Assembly (NCBI GenBank): GCA_965205865.1
Contig: CBDBHR010000030.1
Coordinates: forward strand, 1,120,001 to 1,184,000
Direction: 5' to 3'
Length of the DNA: 64,000 nucleotides
Origin: a bacterium
GTDB taxonomy: Bacteria; SAR324; NAC60-12
The notes below the pieces were generated by a model. The model was not told where the DNA came from. It did no database searches and saw only the letters and a list, made by a program, of their open reading frames with translations. Each line of letters begins with the position of its first letter. Within the stretch, counting starts at the first letter, position 1. Position numbers and translations under genes: made by a program. Of this stretch, positions 1-9,666 are shown one piece after another.

Positions 1-201
1 TCCGATCGATTGAACAATATCGTGGGAGGACTTGAAAACGATCGATCCTCTCCGGGAATCTTTTTTAACGATATTTAATAAACGGGTTTTTCAGAGACCT
101 AAATAGTTACGAATCAATAATATGAAATTAATTTTGATAAAGGAGAAATTATGAGACGTCGAATGAATCAAAACCAAAATCTAAACGAAAGAAGAGGAAA
201 T

Positions 202-1992
202 ATGAAAAAAAGAAAATCCAAAAATATCCAATCATTATTCATTATGCTCACCCTCCCTTTGATGGTGGCCGCCCTCGGGGTCAGTTCGGCCCTGGCGGCC
301 GAGATGGTCAAAGATCCTACAACCGGTAAAATGGTGAGCGCGCCGGAGTTTGGTGGGACCTTAACCTTCGCCGTCAAGCTGGAACCGCCAAGTGCTGATC
401 CCCTGTTCGGCAGTGGGGCGTCGCGGGGGCCCGATGGCGTTACCGAGAAATTGGGCATGGTCAATTGGGGAATCGACAGGAGCGTGAATGACCTCACCAG
501 TGCGTCCTTCTACTTGCCTCTGTCTATCCTGACAGGACGCCTGGCGGAAAGCTGGGAAACGCCGGACGCCACCACGATGGTCTTCAACATCCGCCAGGGT
601 GTTCGCTGGCATGATAAGGCGCCCATGAATGGGAGAGAATTAACCGCGGATGATGTCGTCTATAACTTTCACCGGATGTCAGGAAACGGAAGCGGCTTCA
701 CCGAACCTCCTGGAGGCTATTCCGGCACAATGGCCACGCTGCCCTTCGCATCGATAACAGCCACCGACAAATACACGGTTGTGATGAAACTAAAACAACC
801 AACCGTCGGGGCGCTGTCGTCGATTCTCACCGACTGGGCGGTCCATATCATGCCCCCCGAGGTCATCAAGCAACACGGCGACGTGAAGGATTGGCGGAAC
901 CTGGTTGGCACCGGGCCCTTCATGCTGACGGACTGGGTCGACGGCAGCTCGCAGACCTGGATCAGGAATCCGGACTACTGGGGCTTCGACGAGAAATTCC
1001 CGCAGAACCGCCTGCCCTATTTTGACGGGTTAACCGGTCTGATCATGAAAGAAGACGCCACTATTCTGGCGGCGCTGCGCTCGGGTCAGTTGGATTACGT
1101 CGGTTTGGTTGGCGCCGCCGAAATGATCTATACCGCCCAAAAAGAGAGTCTCGAGCGGACCAACCCCGACATGGCATTCTACCCGTATGGGCTTCGCTCG
1201 GAAAATGCTTTCGCTTTCAACATGGGCGCGGACAATCCGCTCACCAAAGACCTCAGGGTGCGCCAGGCCATGCAGATGGCCCTGGACCTCGAGACAATGA
1301 ACAAGACCTACTTCAAGGGAGTATCCAAGTGGGTACCCATGGGCTTGGTGGGCCCTGCCGTCGGGGGGACGCCCTTTGAAGAGTGGCCCGACGAGGTCAG
1401 GAAAACCTATATGTATGACCCCGAAGGGGCCGAAGCGTTGCTCGACGCGGCTGGATATCCGCGCGGCGCCGACGGCATGAGATTCGAGGTCGCGCTGGAA
1501 CACTACCAGGTCTTCGACGTCGACTATACGCAATTAGCTGTCGCCTACTGGAAGGAGATCGGCGTTGACGTGGAGGTTACCGTAGCGGAACGAAGTGTAC
1601 ACATGGCTCATGTACGCGAACATTCGTACGGAGATATGGCCTCCTGGATTGCTGGCATCGAGTATCTTTCTCCCGTCATCCCGATATCCTGGGGTCACTC
1701 GGAGTCAGCATGGAACCCTCCGAACCTCAACGACCCGGAATTCGACCGCCTGTATGAAGCCGCCCGAGACGCTGCAACCGAGGAGGAGCAGGTGCGGTTG
1801 GCTGCCCTGGCGGACATGTACATGATCGAGAACCACGTGTATGTGTGGGGTCCCACAGACCCCAAGTTCAACGCGGTCCAGCCCTGGCTCAAGGGGTATA
1901 ACGGAGAGGCGATGTTGGGAGGCGATGACCGGGTGGCCCTGTTCTCCCGCCTCTGGTTTGATAATAAGATGAAGCAAGAAATGGGGCAGTAG
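202..1992 (+). CDS. ABC transporter substrate-binding protein, family 5 (peptide/nickel type)
   Basis: Signal peptide, LAESWE, VRWHDKAPMNGRELTADDVVY, GTGPF and VRQAMQMALD motifs; start chosen at ATG 202 after AGAGGA (ORF opens at 151). Confidence 0.9.
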   Translation: MKKRKSKNIQSLFIMLTLPLMVAALGVSSALAAEMVKDPTTGKMVSAPEFGGTLTFAVKLEPPSADPLFGSGASRGPDGVTEKLGMVNWGIDRSVNDLTSASFYLPLSILTGRLAESWETPDATTMVFNIRQGVRWHDKAPMNGRELTADDVVYNFHRMSGNGSGFTEPPGGYSGTMATLPFASITATDKYTVVMKLKQPTVGALSSILTDWAVHIMPPEVIKQHGDVKDWRNLVGTGPFMLTDWVDGSSQTWIRNPDYWGFDEKFPQNRLPYFDGLTGLIMKEDATILAALRSGQLDYVGLVGAAEMIYTAQKESLERTNPDMAFYPYGLRSENAFAFNMGADNPLTKDLRVRQAMQMALDLETMNKTYFKGVSKWVPMGLVGPAVGGTPFEEWPDEVRKTYMYDPEGAEALLDAAGYPRGADGMRFEVALEHYQVFDVDYTQLAVAYWKEIGVDVEVTVAERSVHMAHVREHSYGDMASWIAGIEYLSPVIPISWGHSESAWNPPNLNDPEFDRLYEAARDAATEEEQVRLAALADMYMIENHVYVWGPTDPKFNAVQPWLKGYNGEAMLGGDDRVALFSRLWFDNKMKQEMGQ

Positions 1993-2006
1993 GGGTTGCA
2001 TATAAG

Positions 2007-2098
2007 TCCCCCTTGAAAAAGGGGGATTTAGGGGGATTTTACAGTCTTTGAAATCCCCCCTGACCCGCTTTCGCGTACGGCCCCTTTTTCAAAGGGGA
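2007..2098. repeat. Inverted pair of CCCCCTT-AAGGGGG REP-like palindromes between SBP and permease genes
   Basis: tcccccttgaaaaagggggatttagggggattt ... aaatcccccctga...cccctttttcaaagggga. Confidence 0.65.
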
Positions 2099-2113
2099 AA
2101 GGAGGAGCACCAT

Positions 2114-3070
2114 ATGAGAGCATATGTCATCCGGCGGGTATTGCTGATCATCCCCACCCTGTTTATTTTGAGCATCATCGTTTTTCTCTCGGTGCGCTTC
2201 ATCCCGGGAGATGTTATCGACACCATGATGGCCTCTGACCAAAATACCATGGTGGGCATAGACCGGGAAGCGCTTCTGCGTCAGCTGGGTTTAGACGTGC
2301 CGGTCTACGTGCAGTATGGCCGCTGGTTGCGGGGGATTTTCCTGCACGGCACCCTGGGCAATTCCCTGCTGGGCAAGTGGACGGTCGAGGAGAAGATCAT
2401 AGGACGAATGCCGGTCACCATAGAGCTGGGTTTCCTGGCCATCCTCATCGCGCTGTTGATCGCCCTGCCCGTCGGTATCTACTCGGCGATTCGCCAGGAT
2501 ACCGCCGCTGACTACCTGGGTCGCTCGGTCGCCATCATCGGCTTGGCCACGCCCAACTTCTGGCTGGGCATTATGGTGATGATCTACCCGGTCATCTGGT
2601 GGGGCTGGGCGCCGCCGATGCGGCTGATTCCTTTCAGCGAAGACCCGCTGGGGAATCTGGAGGTGTTTCTCATCCCCAGCCTGATTCTGGGGACGGCCAT
2701 GGCTGCTGCCACCATGCGCATGACCCGTACGATGATGCTGGAGGTGCTCCGGCAGGACTATATTCGCACCGCCTGGTCCAAGGGGCTCAGGGAGCGAATC
2801 GTGGTCATCCGGCATGCCATCAAGAATGCCCTCATCCCGGTGGTCTCCCTGATCGGCCTGCAGTTGCCCATCCTGGTCGGGGGCGCGGTGATCATGGAGA
2901 ACATCTTCAACCTGCCGGGGTTGGGTCGTCTGATGCTCACGGCCCTCACAGACCGGGACTACCCGGTGATCTCCGGCATCAACATGTTTTTCGCCACCGC
3001 GGTGGTGGGGATCAATCTCCTCATCGACCTGCTTTATGCTTATTTGGATCCCAGGGTGCGGTATGAATAG
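2114..3070 (+). CDS. ABC transporter permease, DppB/OppB-like
   Basis: YVIRR, LGLDVPVYVQY, MRMTRTMMLEVLRQDYIRTAWSKGL (EAA loop), DPRVRY end; GGAGG RBS before ATG 2114. Confidence 0.92.
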   Translation: MRAYVIRRVLLIIPTLFILSIIVFLSVRFIPGDVIDTMMASDQNTMVGIDREALLRQLGLDVPVYVQYGRWLRGIFLHGTLGNSLLGKWTVEEKIIGRMPVTIELGFLAILIALLIALPVGIYSAIRQDTAADYLGRSVAIIGLATPNFWLGIMVMIYPVIWWGWAPPMRLIPFSEDPLGNLEVFLIPSLILGTAMAAATMRMTRTMMLEVLRQDYIRTAWSKGLRERIVVIRHAIKNALIPVVSLIGLQLPILVGGAVIMENIFNLPGLGRLMLTALTDRDYPVISGINMFFATAVVGINLLIDLLYAYLDPRVRYE

Positions 3071-4007
3071 TGAACCCAGGCGACAGGGCCGGCTGGCGGA
3101 TTTTTTCATAAGACTATGGCAGGAGAAACCCCTGGGGACGGTTTGCGGGATCATCGTCTTGCTCTTTATTCTGGTGGCGCTTTTCGCCGAGACGCTGGCG
3201 CCTTACCCCTTTGATGAAGTGCACCTGCCCGCCATACTGAAAGCCCCATCCGCCCAGTTTCTGCTGGGGGCTGACCAGTTGGGACGGGACTTGTTGAGCC
3301 GCCTGATCTTTGGGGCGCGGGTTTCCATGCTGGTTGGTCTGGCCGCGACCCTGCTCAATGTGGTCGTAGCCACCCTGATCGGTATCACTTCAGGATTCAT
3401 TGGGGGAAAATTGGACCTGGCGGTACAGCGCTTTGTGGATGCCTGGATGGCCTTTCCGGGACTGCTGCTCTTGTTGACCATCATGTCCATTGTGGGGCAG
3501 GGGTTATTCCAACTGATCCTGGTACTGGGGATATCCGGCGGCATCGTCGGTTCCCGAGTGGTCCGCGGCGCGGTGATTGGGGTCAAAGAGAATGACTTTT
3601 TTCTGGCAGCCAGGGCCGTGGGCACTCCGATCAGCCGAATCCTGATCCGCCATGTCCTGCCCAATATCATGGCGCCCCTCATCATCGTCTTCTCCATCAA
3701 CATCGGTGGGGTCATCATTGCCGAGGCCTCGCTGAGTTTCCTCGGATTCGGACTGCCCCCCGATATTCCCAGTTGGGGCAGCATGCTCAGCGGGGAAGGG
3801 CGCAAGTACATGGAACAGGCCCCCTGGCTGGCGCTCTGGCCGGGCCTCTGCCTGACGATTGTCGTCTACGCGCTCAACATGTTCGGCGATGCCATGCGGG
3901 ATCTGCTCGACCCAAGACTGCGGGGTGGTCAGGGCAGTTATGGCACTGCGAAGGTGAAACGCAAACGAGGCTTGCTGGCCCGGATACTCTCCCCTTTCAA
4001 TGGATAA
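3063..4007 (+). CDS. ABC transporter permease, DppC/OppC-like
   Basis: LLGADQLGRDLLSRLIFGARVS, RHVLPN, EASLSFLGFG, GDAMRDLLDPR. Confidence 0.92.
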   Translation: MNSEPRRQGRLADFFIRLWQEKPLGTVCGIIVLLFILVALFAETLAPYPFDEVHLPAILKAPSAQFLLGADQLGRDLLSRLIFGARVSMLVGLAATLLNVVVATLIGITSGFIGGKLDLAVQRFVDAWMAFPGLLLLLTIMSIVGQGLFQLILVLGISGGIVGSRVVRGAVIGVKENDFFLAARAVGTPISRILIRHVLPNIMAPLIIVFSINIGGVIIAEASLSFLGFGLPPDIPSWGSMLSGEGRKYMEQAPWLALWPGLCLTIVVYALNMFGDAMRDLLDPRLRGGQGSYGTAKVKRKRGLLARILSPFNG

Positions 4008-4077
4008 GCGCACCAAAGGAGCCCCTCCCTTTTTCCTTCCTGAGAATCGTTGTTTTTTCTTCGAAAGAAGAACAGGG

Positions 4078-4425
4078 CTATAAATCTAATTGAAAACGTA
4101 GTGCCTTGTGAATCGCTTGTATCAATTGTTTATCTGTCACGACTCCCAAATCCTGACGAAGGCGAGTTTTATCCAATGTTCGAACCTGATAACAGAGAGC
4201 AACGGAATCAGCCTTTAATCCAGCGGTAGAGGCGGGGAGTAAGACTTCATTCGGATAAATGGTTCGGTGAGAAGATTTAACAGAAGTCAAAGGAATAACA
4301 TTGACAACCGGCAATAATTGATTGAGTCGTTCTTGGCTGATAACGAGAACGGGTCTTTTCCCTGATTGTTCTGACCCTTGGATGGGGTCCAGAGAGGCAA
4401 TGAAAATATGCCATTGGTAGCTCAT
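4078..4425 (-). CDS. Type II toxin, MazF/PemK family endoribonuclease
   Basis: LDPIQGSEQSGKRPVLVISQ and LCYQVRTLDK motifs; ATGA overlap with upstream gene. Confidence 0.88.
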   Translation of the reverse strand: MSYQWHIFIASLDPIQGSEQSGKRPVLVISQERLNQLLPVVNVIPLTSVKSSHRTIYPNEVLLPASTAGLKADSVALCYQVRTLDKTRLRQDLGVVTDKQLIQAIHKALRFQLDL

Positions 4426-4667
4426 GCTTTTGGCTCCCACCATTCAGAATCGACAATGGTAAAATCTTCCATGGTTTCTTGGAGGTCCGCCAGGAACAGG
4501 GGGTCATTTGCTGCTTTTTCCATCTGGGCTAAATTTTGAGCCGCTTCTTGTTCTTTCTCTTGGGTAGCTTTCTCCAATCGATGGAGTTCCTCAATAGGTA
4601 AAATGACCCCAATTTTTTTTCCTTCTTCATCGGTAATATACTGCTTTTGCAAACGGAGTGTCGCCAT
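4422..4667 (-). CDS. Putative antitoxin of the MazF-family toxin
   Basis: 81 aa, QYITDEEGKKIGVILP N-terminus, acidic C-terminus, 4-nt overlap with toxin. Confidence 0.7.
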   Translation of the reverse strand: MATLRLQKQYITDEEGKKIGVILPIEELHRLEKATQEKEQEAAQNLAQMEKAANDPLFLADLQETMEDFTIVDSEWWEPKA

Positions 4668-4852
4668 TTTTCCTCATTTTTTTGAGTGGTAGAGTGGGTC
4701 TATCAGGCTCTGTTGACATTTCGCTCTAATACTTGAGAGTAGTGCTTTTGAAAGGAGAAATCTTAATTATTCTCCTAAAACCTTTTTTACTTCAGGAAAA
4801 GTTGCTTTGTGTACTCCTTTGGGTAAATTCCCATTTTCTTCAAAATTCGGGA

Positions 4853-5959
4853 TCATTCTTTAGCTTCCCTGAAATTGCTTTGCGAAGGAAGCTCAACGGT
4901 CGCCGTGCCAAAAGCGGTCACTAACTCGGATTGATTGCGATTGTGAACGTGAACTTCCACCAAGTGCTTCCCCGCCTCGACATACTTTTTTGTCACCTCG
5001 CCATAGACCGTGTTGGTATCCCCCACCACATTAGGATGCCGGATCGAGGCCTTCAGCTTCTTTAGCGTGCCGGCATCCCCCATCCAGTCGGTCACGATTT
5101 GACTTAACCAGCACATCCGTTGTGGACCGAAGTCAAACTGTCCGGGCATGTTGCGGCGTTGACGAGCATGTTCCTCATCAAAACGCCCACCGGCGCCGAG
5201 ATCGGCGGAACCCTCTGCTTCAAGGGACGCCCTCGGGCTTCGACGTGTCCCGATGACTCCATGAGCAAAGAGGAACAATTCGGTGACCGTATAAGTCCCT
5301 TTTTTCAGGGCGGGTAGCTGCTCACCTTCGGCAACCTCTTCCCAATATCGTATCTGGGCGCCGCGCCTGTTTCTCTCCCACACCAGGGGATCAGCAGCCT
5401 GATGAATGGCTGCACCTTCCTTTGGCTCTCTGGCGTATTCCAGGGTTCCCCCGCTGTTTTGGTAGCGAGCCATCAAGGTCTTGACGGTCACGACGACTTC
5501 TTGCCGTTGATTCGTGTAGGTCACCCATCCCGTATTGAACGCGATGGGACCCATTCGTTTACTCTCTTTCCTGACCGTCGGCCCCACCTGCTCCTTAGCG
5601 GCAATCCTGTCCCCCAACCAGACGGGGCGATGGAACTCGATTTCGGCACCGGCATAGTTCACGGGTAAATAGTTAGTGGACACGCGAGCCCGATCGATGG
5701 CACCCGTTTCCCCAGCGATAACGCCGAGACTCACGCTATAGAAGAAAAGAGGAGGCGCGGTGATCATGCCAAATCGGCTCTTTTTGGCATGATCCTCCTC
5801 TCGCCACAGGGGGTTGTAGTCGCCAACGCCATCCCCAAAACGACGGATATTATCCAGGTTCGCTTCTTTCATAGCTCGAGCAGGCAACACCTCGCCGATG
5901 CCTTTCCTGTATTCTGTTTCAAATTCTTCCAGAGTTGTTATCAGCTTCTTCTCTGCCAT
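4853..5959 (-). CDS. Double hotdog-fold MaoC/FAS1-like dehydratase
   Basis: IRRFGDGVGDYNPLW...APP, AEIEFHRPVWLGD; second domain with DWMGDAG..LKKL, HPNVVGDT, GTATVELP. Confidence 0.8.
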   Translation of the reverse strand: MAEKKLITTLEEFETEYRKGIGEVLPARAMKEANLDNIRRFGDGVGDYNPLWREEDHAKKSRFGMITAPPLFFYSVSLGVIAGETGAIDRARVSTNYLPVNYAGAEIEFHRPVWLGDRIAAKEQVGPTVRKESKRMGPIAFNTGWVTYTNQRQEVVVTVKTLMARYQNSGGTLEYAREPKEGAAIHQAADPLVWERNRRGAQIRYWEEVAEGEQLPALKKGTYTVTELFLFAHGVIGTRRSPRASLEAEGSADLGAGGRFDEEHARQRRNMPGQFDFGPQRMCWLSQIVTDWMGDAGTLKKLKASIRHPNVVGDTNTVYGEVTKKYVEAGKHLVEVHVHNRNQSELVTAFGTATVELPSQSNFREAKE

Positions 5960-6024
5960 GAAGTACCTCCCACTGTAGATCTATTTATGCAATTTTAACA
6001 AACTTGATGGCTCACATTGAAAAC

Positions 6025-7629
6025 TCATCCTCCGATTATGGCTGGCAGTTGTTTTCTCAATTCGTTTTTGGCAATTCTCTCGAGGGTCGACCGTGGCAAT
6101 GTTTCAACCACGCGCACTTCTCGCGGCACCTTGAAATCCGCCAGGTTTTCTTCGCAATACCGAATGATCGCTTTTTTCAAATCCTCTGGTGGATTCGGAT
6201 GAGGGATGACAAAGACTACCGGTACCTCATCGAGCATATCGTGTTTTTGCGCAACGACCGCGCACTCATTGACCCATCCGGTTTGCAGGATCACGCTTTC
6301 GATTTCCGATGCGGCGACGTTCTCACCGCCCACTTTGAGCATATCTTTGGCTCTATCACTGAAAAAGAGGTTCCCTTTCTCATCGAGGCGAATGAGATCA
6401 CCGGTATCAAACCAACCCTGTGCATCAAATGCCGCATCATTCGCCTCATGGTTACGGTAATATTCCTTAAACAGAGAAATCCCGCGTACCCCACCAATAA
6501 AAAGTAAACCTCGCTCACCCGCTCCTGCCGGTTCTCCATTTTTTTTGCGTATTTGAATCTCGTACTCAGGTGCCACTCTGCCGATTGTCCCCGCTGGTCC
6601 CGGATGATCGACATCGGTGACAATCCCTTGAGTGATGATTTCTGTCATACCCCACCAACCCATGGTCTTTACCTTGAATTGTTCTTCCCATTCCGGAAGG
6701 TGGGCCCGCGTCCCCCAAAATCGGTAATGGTGAGGGGGGACCGGCAGATGAGCAAGCGCTTTGAGCGCAAAGGGAATCGTTGAGAGCCAGGTCAGTTGGT
6801 ACTTGAGCGACAATGGCCAAAAGCGTGAGGCAGAAAACTTGGGCTGCAAGACGAACGTCCCTCCGACCCACAAGGTCGTGAGCATCGAATATCCTTGGGC
6901 ATTGGCGTGAAACATCGGCATAAAGACAAGGGTCCTGTCTTCATGCAACAAACGCATATGACTCGCACTGATTTTCGCGCACCAAATACCATTGGCGTGT
7001 GTCCATAAAACAGCTTTTGGCCGCGCAGTGGTCCCACTGGTGAACTGGACGGAAAGATTGGCCATCGCTTCTGTGGGTCGTCGTGGCAAACGGTTCATCT
7101 CGGCTGCTAACAACTCGGCAAAAAAGACAGCATCCCTTTCAGACGGAACCGTGGCCGCTTCACCAGCATTGTTGTCAGTGACGACGAGAAATCCAATATC
7201 AGGACAGGCCTCGTGAACCATGTTGGCAAATGCAGGCTGCGTAATCACGCAGACCGCGTTTGTCTGCTCAACATAATACCTCATATCCCGTGCGACCGAG
7301 CGCGTATTGGTGGATACGGCAACCGCACCCAATTCGGCGCAAGCAAACCAGGAGAGTACAAACTCCGGACTATTCTCCAGATGAATGATGACAAAATCAC
7401 CCGTCTTGATACCACGATGCGACAAAGCGCTCGCTATCTGCCGCGCTTCCTTTTGCAAGCGTTTGAATGACCAGGATTCCACCTCCCCCCTGAACGGTTC
7501 CCAAATCATAAATTGCTTATCCGGAGTCCGCCTGCTCCATTCATTGAGCAACCAGGGAATATCGAGGCCATCCACTATCCGACCTTGAATAGGATCACTT
7601 GGTTCTTTTCCAAAATCAAAATGGTCCAT
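6025..7629 (-). CDS. AMP-dependent acyl-CoA ligase (CaiC-like crotonobetaine/carnitine-CoA ligase group)
   Basis: FTSGTTARPKAV, GWWGMTE, WFDTGDL, RAKDMLKVGGENV motifs. Confidence 0.88.
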   Translation of the reverse strand: MDHFDFGKEPSDPIQGRIVDGLDIPWLLNEWSRRTPDKQFMIWEPFRGEVESWSFKRLQKEARQIASALSHRGIKTGDFVIIHLENSPEFVLSWFACAELGAVAVSTNTRSVARDMRYYVEQTNAVCVITQPAFANMVHEACPDIGFLVVTDNNAGEAATVPSERDAVFFAELLAAEMNRLPRRPTEAMANLSVQFTSGTTARPKAVLWTHANGIWCAKISASHMRLLHEDRTLVFMPMFHANAQGYSMLTTLWVGGTFVLQPKFSASRFWPLSLKYQLTWLSTIPFALKALAHLPVPPHHYRFWGTRAHLPEWEEQFKVKTMGWWGMTEIITQGIVTDVDHPGPAGTIGRVAPEYEIQIRKKNGEPAGAGERGLLFIGGVRGISLFKEYYRNHEANDAAFDAQGWFDTGDLIRLDEKGNLFFSDRAKDMLKVGGENVAASEIESVILQTGWVNECAVVAQKHDMLDEVPVVFVIPHPNPPEDLKKAIIRYCEENLADFKVPREVRVVETLPRSTLERIAKNELRKQLPAIIGG

Positions 7630-7689
7630 TTTCCTCTCTTTGGTTTATTTTCATTGGAAAGCGATGCGGTATCGAAGAAGTGGAAAAGA

Positions 7690-7947
7690 AGAATCCCCTG
7701 GCCTGGTTTTGCCACGGACGCGGATGACCAGGGCTTACCGCCCACTATCATTAGTGTCAATGAATGCGATCCGTTACGAGATGAAGGTATCAATTTTTAC
7801 CGATTGTTGATGCGCAACCGAATGCAGGCCCGCTGTGGTCAGCTAATGGGCACGATTCATGCTACCGAACTGTTCCCTGTCTGTTGTCCTGAAATCAGTC
7901 AGGAGGCTACCAAGAGTATTGCTGATTTCTGCAGCGGTAAGATATAA
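7690..7947 (+). pseudogene. C-terminal fragment of an alpha/beta hydrolase (HSL/Abhydrolase_3-like)
   Basis: GLPPTIISVNECDPLRDEG...GTIHATE has the Asp and His motifs, but no N-terminal half or start. Confidence 0.65.
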
Positions 7948-7950
7948 GGT

Positions 7951-8168
7951 AACCTGAGTTCGAGATAAGAATTTAATAAATTCAATATGTTATGGAATCT
8001 TCATATCGTAGAGAAACCTTGTCATTCCTGCGAAAGCAGAAATCCGGAGGTATGCAGCCAGACTGAAATCCGGATCCCCGCTCCCCGCTTTCGCGGGGAC
8101 AAGTTTCGCGAGGATGACATATACACTAGGATACTCATATTATTGAAGATTTATGTCGAACTCGGGTT
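7951..8168 (+). mobile_element. MITE family A, copy 1 (TIR AACCTGAGTTCGA / TCGAACTCGGGTT) enclosing GTCAT palindromes
   Basis: Terminal inverted repeats; close homologues at 12223, 43772 and 58164. Confidence 0.85.
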
Positions 8169-8211
8169 AAGTAGGTCGACCGCACCCATAAAGGCGCCAT
8201 TAGAGAGAATT

Positions 8212-8442
8212 TCAAGCGCCATTTCGGGTAGCATAGATATCTACTATTTTTCGAATAATTTATTGATAAGGAACCCCAGCCTCTAGTGCTTTTGCCTTAA
8301 AGAATTCTATACTGGATTTGTTAAAGTCAATGGTGACCTTGACGGTCTCCTCTTTGAACACCAGGTCTTTAGGGGGTGGTAGAAAATCCCCGACAATCTC
8401 AAACTCCATCGGTTCATCAGTGTATTTTATTTTTTTGCTCAT
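8212..8442 (-). pseudogene. BrnA/CopG-like antitoxin with premature stop
   Basis: KIKYTDEP..DFLPPP..VKVTI..FFK..VPYQ*, reading frame continues IIRKIVDIYA after TAA at 8260-8262. Confidence 0.7.
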
Positions 8443-8694
8443 AAGCTTTTTTTCCTTTTCTCCAGTATCCGGCTCCAAAAATTCTTATTTTATGACCCCG
8501 ATAAGTAAATCGAACCGTTAAAATTTCTTCATGCGCCTTCCCAAAACAATAATACCGCTTTTCATCTTGGCTATGTTTGAGATCTTTAGCCACGATACGG
8601 TTGGAATCAGCAAATACATACTGGGCATTGTAAAACGAGACTCCATTTTTTTTCTGATTGCTTTTGTTTTATCCTCACTCCACTCGAATTCCAT
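8417..8694 (-). pseudogene. BrnT family toxin, frameshifted
   Basis: MEFEWSEDK, then after a 1-nt shift near 8668 NQKKNGVSF..DLKHSQDEKRYYCFG..ILTVRFTYRGHKIRIFGAGYWRKG. Confidence 0.75.
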
Positions 8695-8913
8695 TTTTTA
8701 TGAATCCATCGTTTGATTGAATAACCATATTTTTATATGTACCACAAACCATATTTTAAACAAGCAATTAATGTCTTTACATTTTCTGTTCAGGGATGCA
8801 TTTCAAAGATCTCAATCTATTGATTTCAACAATTTCAAAAGTCGGCCAATTGCTATCCACTTGTGGAAAGTCATTGTAAGTCAGGGATTGAGACCGCTCT
8901 TTTTTATTTCTAA

Positions 8914-9337
8914 CTGATGTTACGCGTATATTTTTTGCATTCACAGGAGTCGCCATCATGAAAACCTACTACGTTTATATCTTAGCAAGTAAAAGAAATG
9001 GCACTCTATATATTGGAGTGACAAATGATCCTCTTAAAAGAGTTTATGAACATAAAAAAAATCTCATAGAAGGATTTACCAGAAATACCAAGTACGTCAA
9101 TTGGTATACTATGAGACCGCTTCAGAGCTAACAGCTGTTCTCCGGAGAGAAAAACAACTCGAGAAATGGAAACGAGCTTGGAAAATCGAACTCATTGAGA
9201 AAAATAATCCTCAATGGAAAGATTTATATGAAACGTTTTAGTCACCCTGAATCGCCAGCCCTGTGGATTCCTGGTCTTCGCCAGGAATGACGACTCGATG
9301 AGACGCATAACTGCAAAATCCGTGCACGTAACATCAG
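8914..9337. mobile_element. TIR-bounded non-autonomous element carrying a GIY-YIG nuclease gene and a GTCA-type palindrome
   Basis: AACTGATGTTACG (8912-8924) is the exact reverse complement of 9327-9339; direct repeat TTTCTAA at 8907-8913 and 9338-9344. Confidence 0.75.
8958..9241 (+). pseudogene. Small GIY-YIG nuclease family protein, frameshifted
   Basis: MKTYYVYILASKRNGTLYIGVTND..RVYEHK..GFT, 1-nt shift near 9083, then LVYYE..REKQLEKWKRAWKIELIEKNNPQWKDLY; AGGAG RBS; absent from the ORF track. Confidence 0.85.
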
Positions 9338-9666
9338 TTTCTAATGATCAATAAATCAAGAAATAAATCAAACCAGTATTATTTAATTTTTTTTTGCAGT
9401 GAAAGAGGCTTGACCTCCTCCTCGAACTCGAGTATTTCCTGAAGGGATACATAATTTCCCTGACGACTGGATTGATAATTTCTACCAGCGAAGAAAAATT
9501 TGTATCTTTCAAAAAAACGGATCGAAGGTCTATTCAATGAGGGTTGATTCAAGGTGGAATGCAACGATCTTAAGCAATTCACTGAAAATCCATTTATTGA
9601 AGATTGTTCCTTCATCGACCTTGATTCTCAGCAGACGTGGAATTAGAAAAATAGGAGGACTCGATA

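Noticed and set aside
8170-8210. attC remnant after the BrnA-like gene
   Set aside because: Only a TCTAAT-like half box; no partner GTT box is identifiable.
7987-8286. 99-aa ORF (also 43957-44376 and 29857-30072)
   Set aside because: These frames run through MITE sequence or antisense to real genes.
9050-9095. Programmed frameshift in the GIY-YIG gene
   Set aside because: The break lies ~20 nt past the A-run and has no evident stimulator; a simple deletion or sequencing error is more likely.
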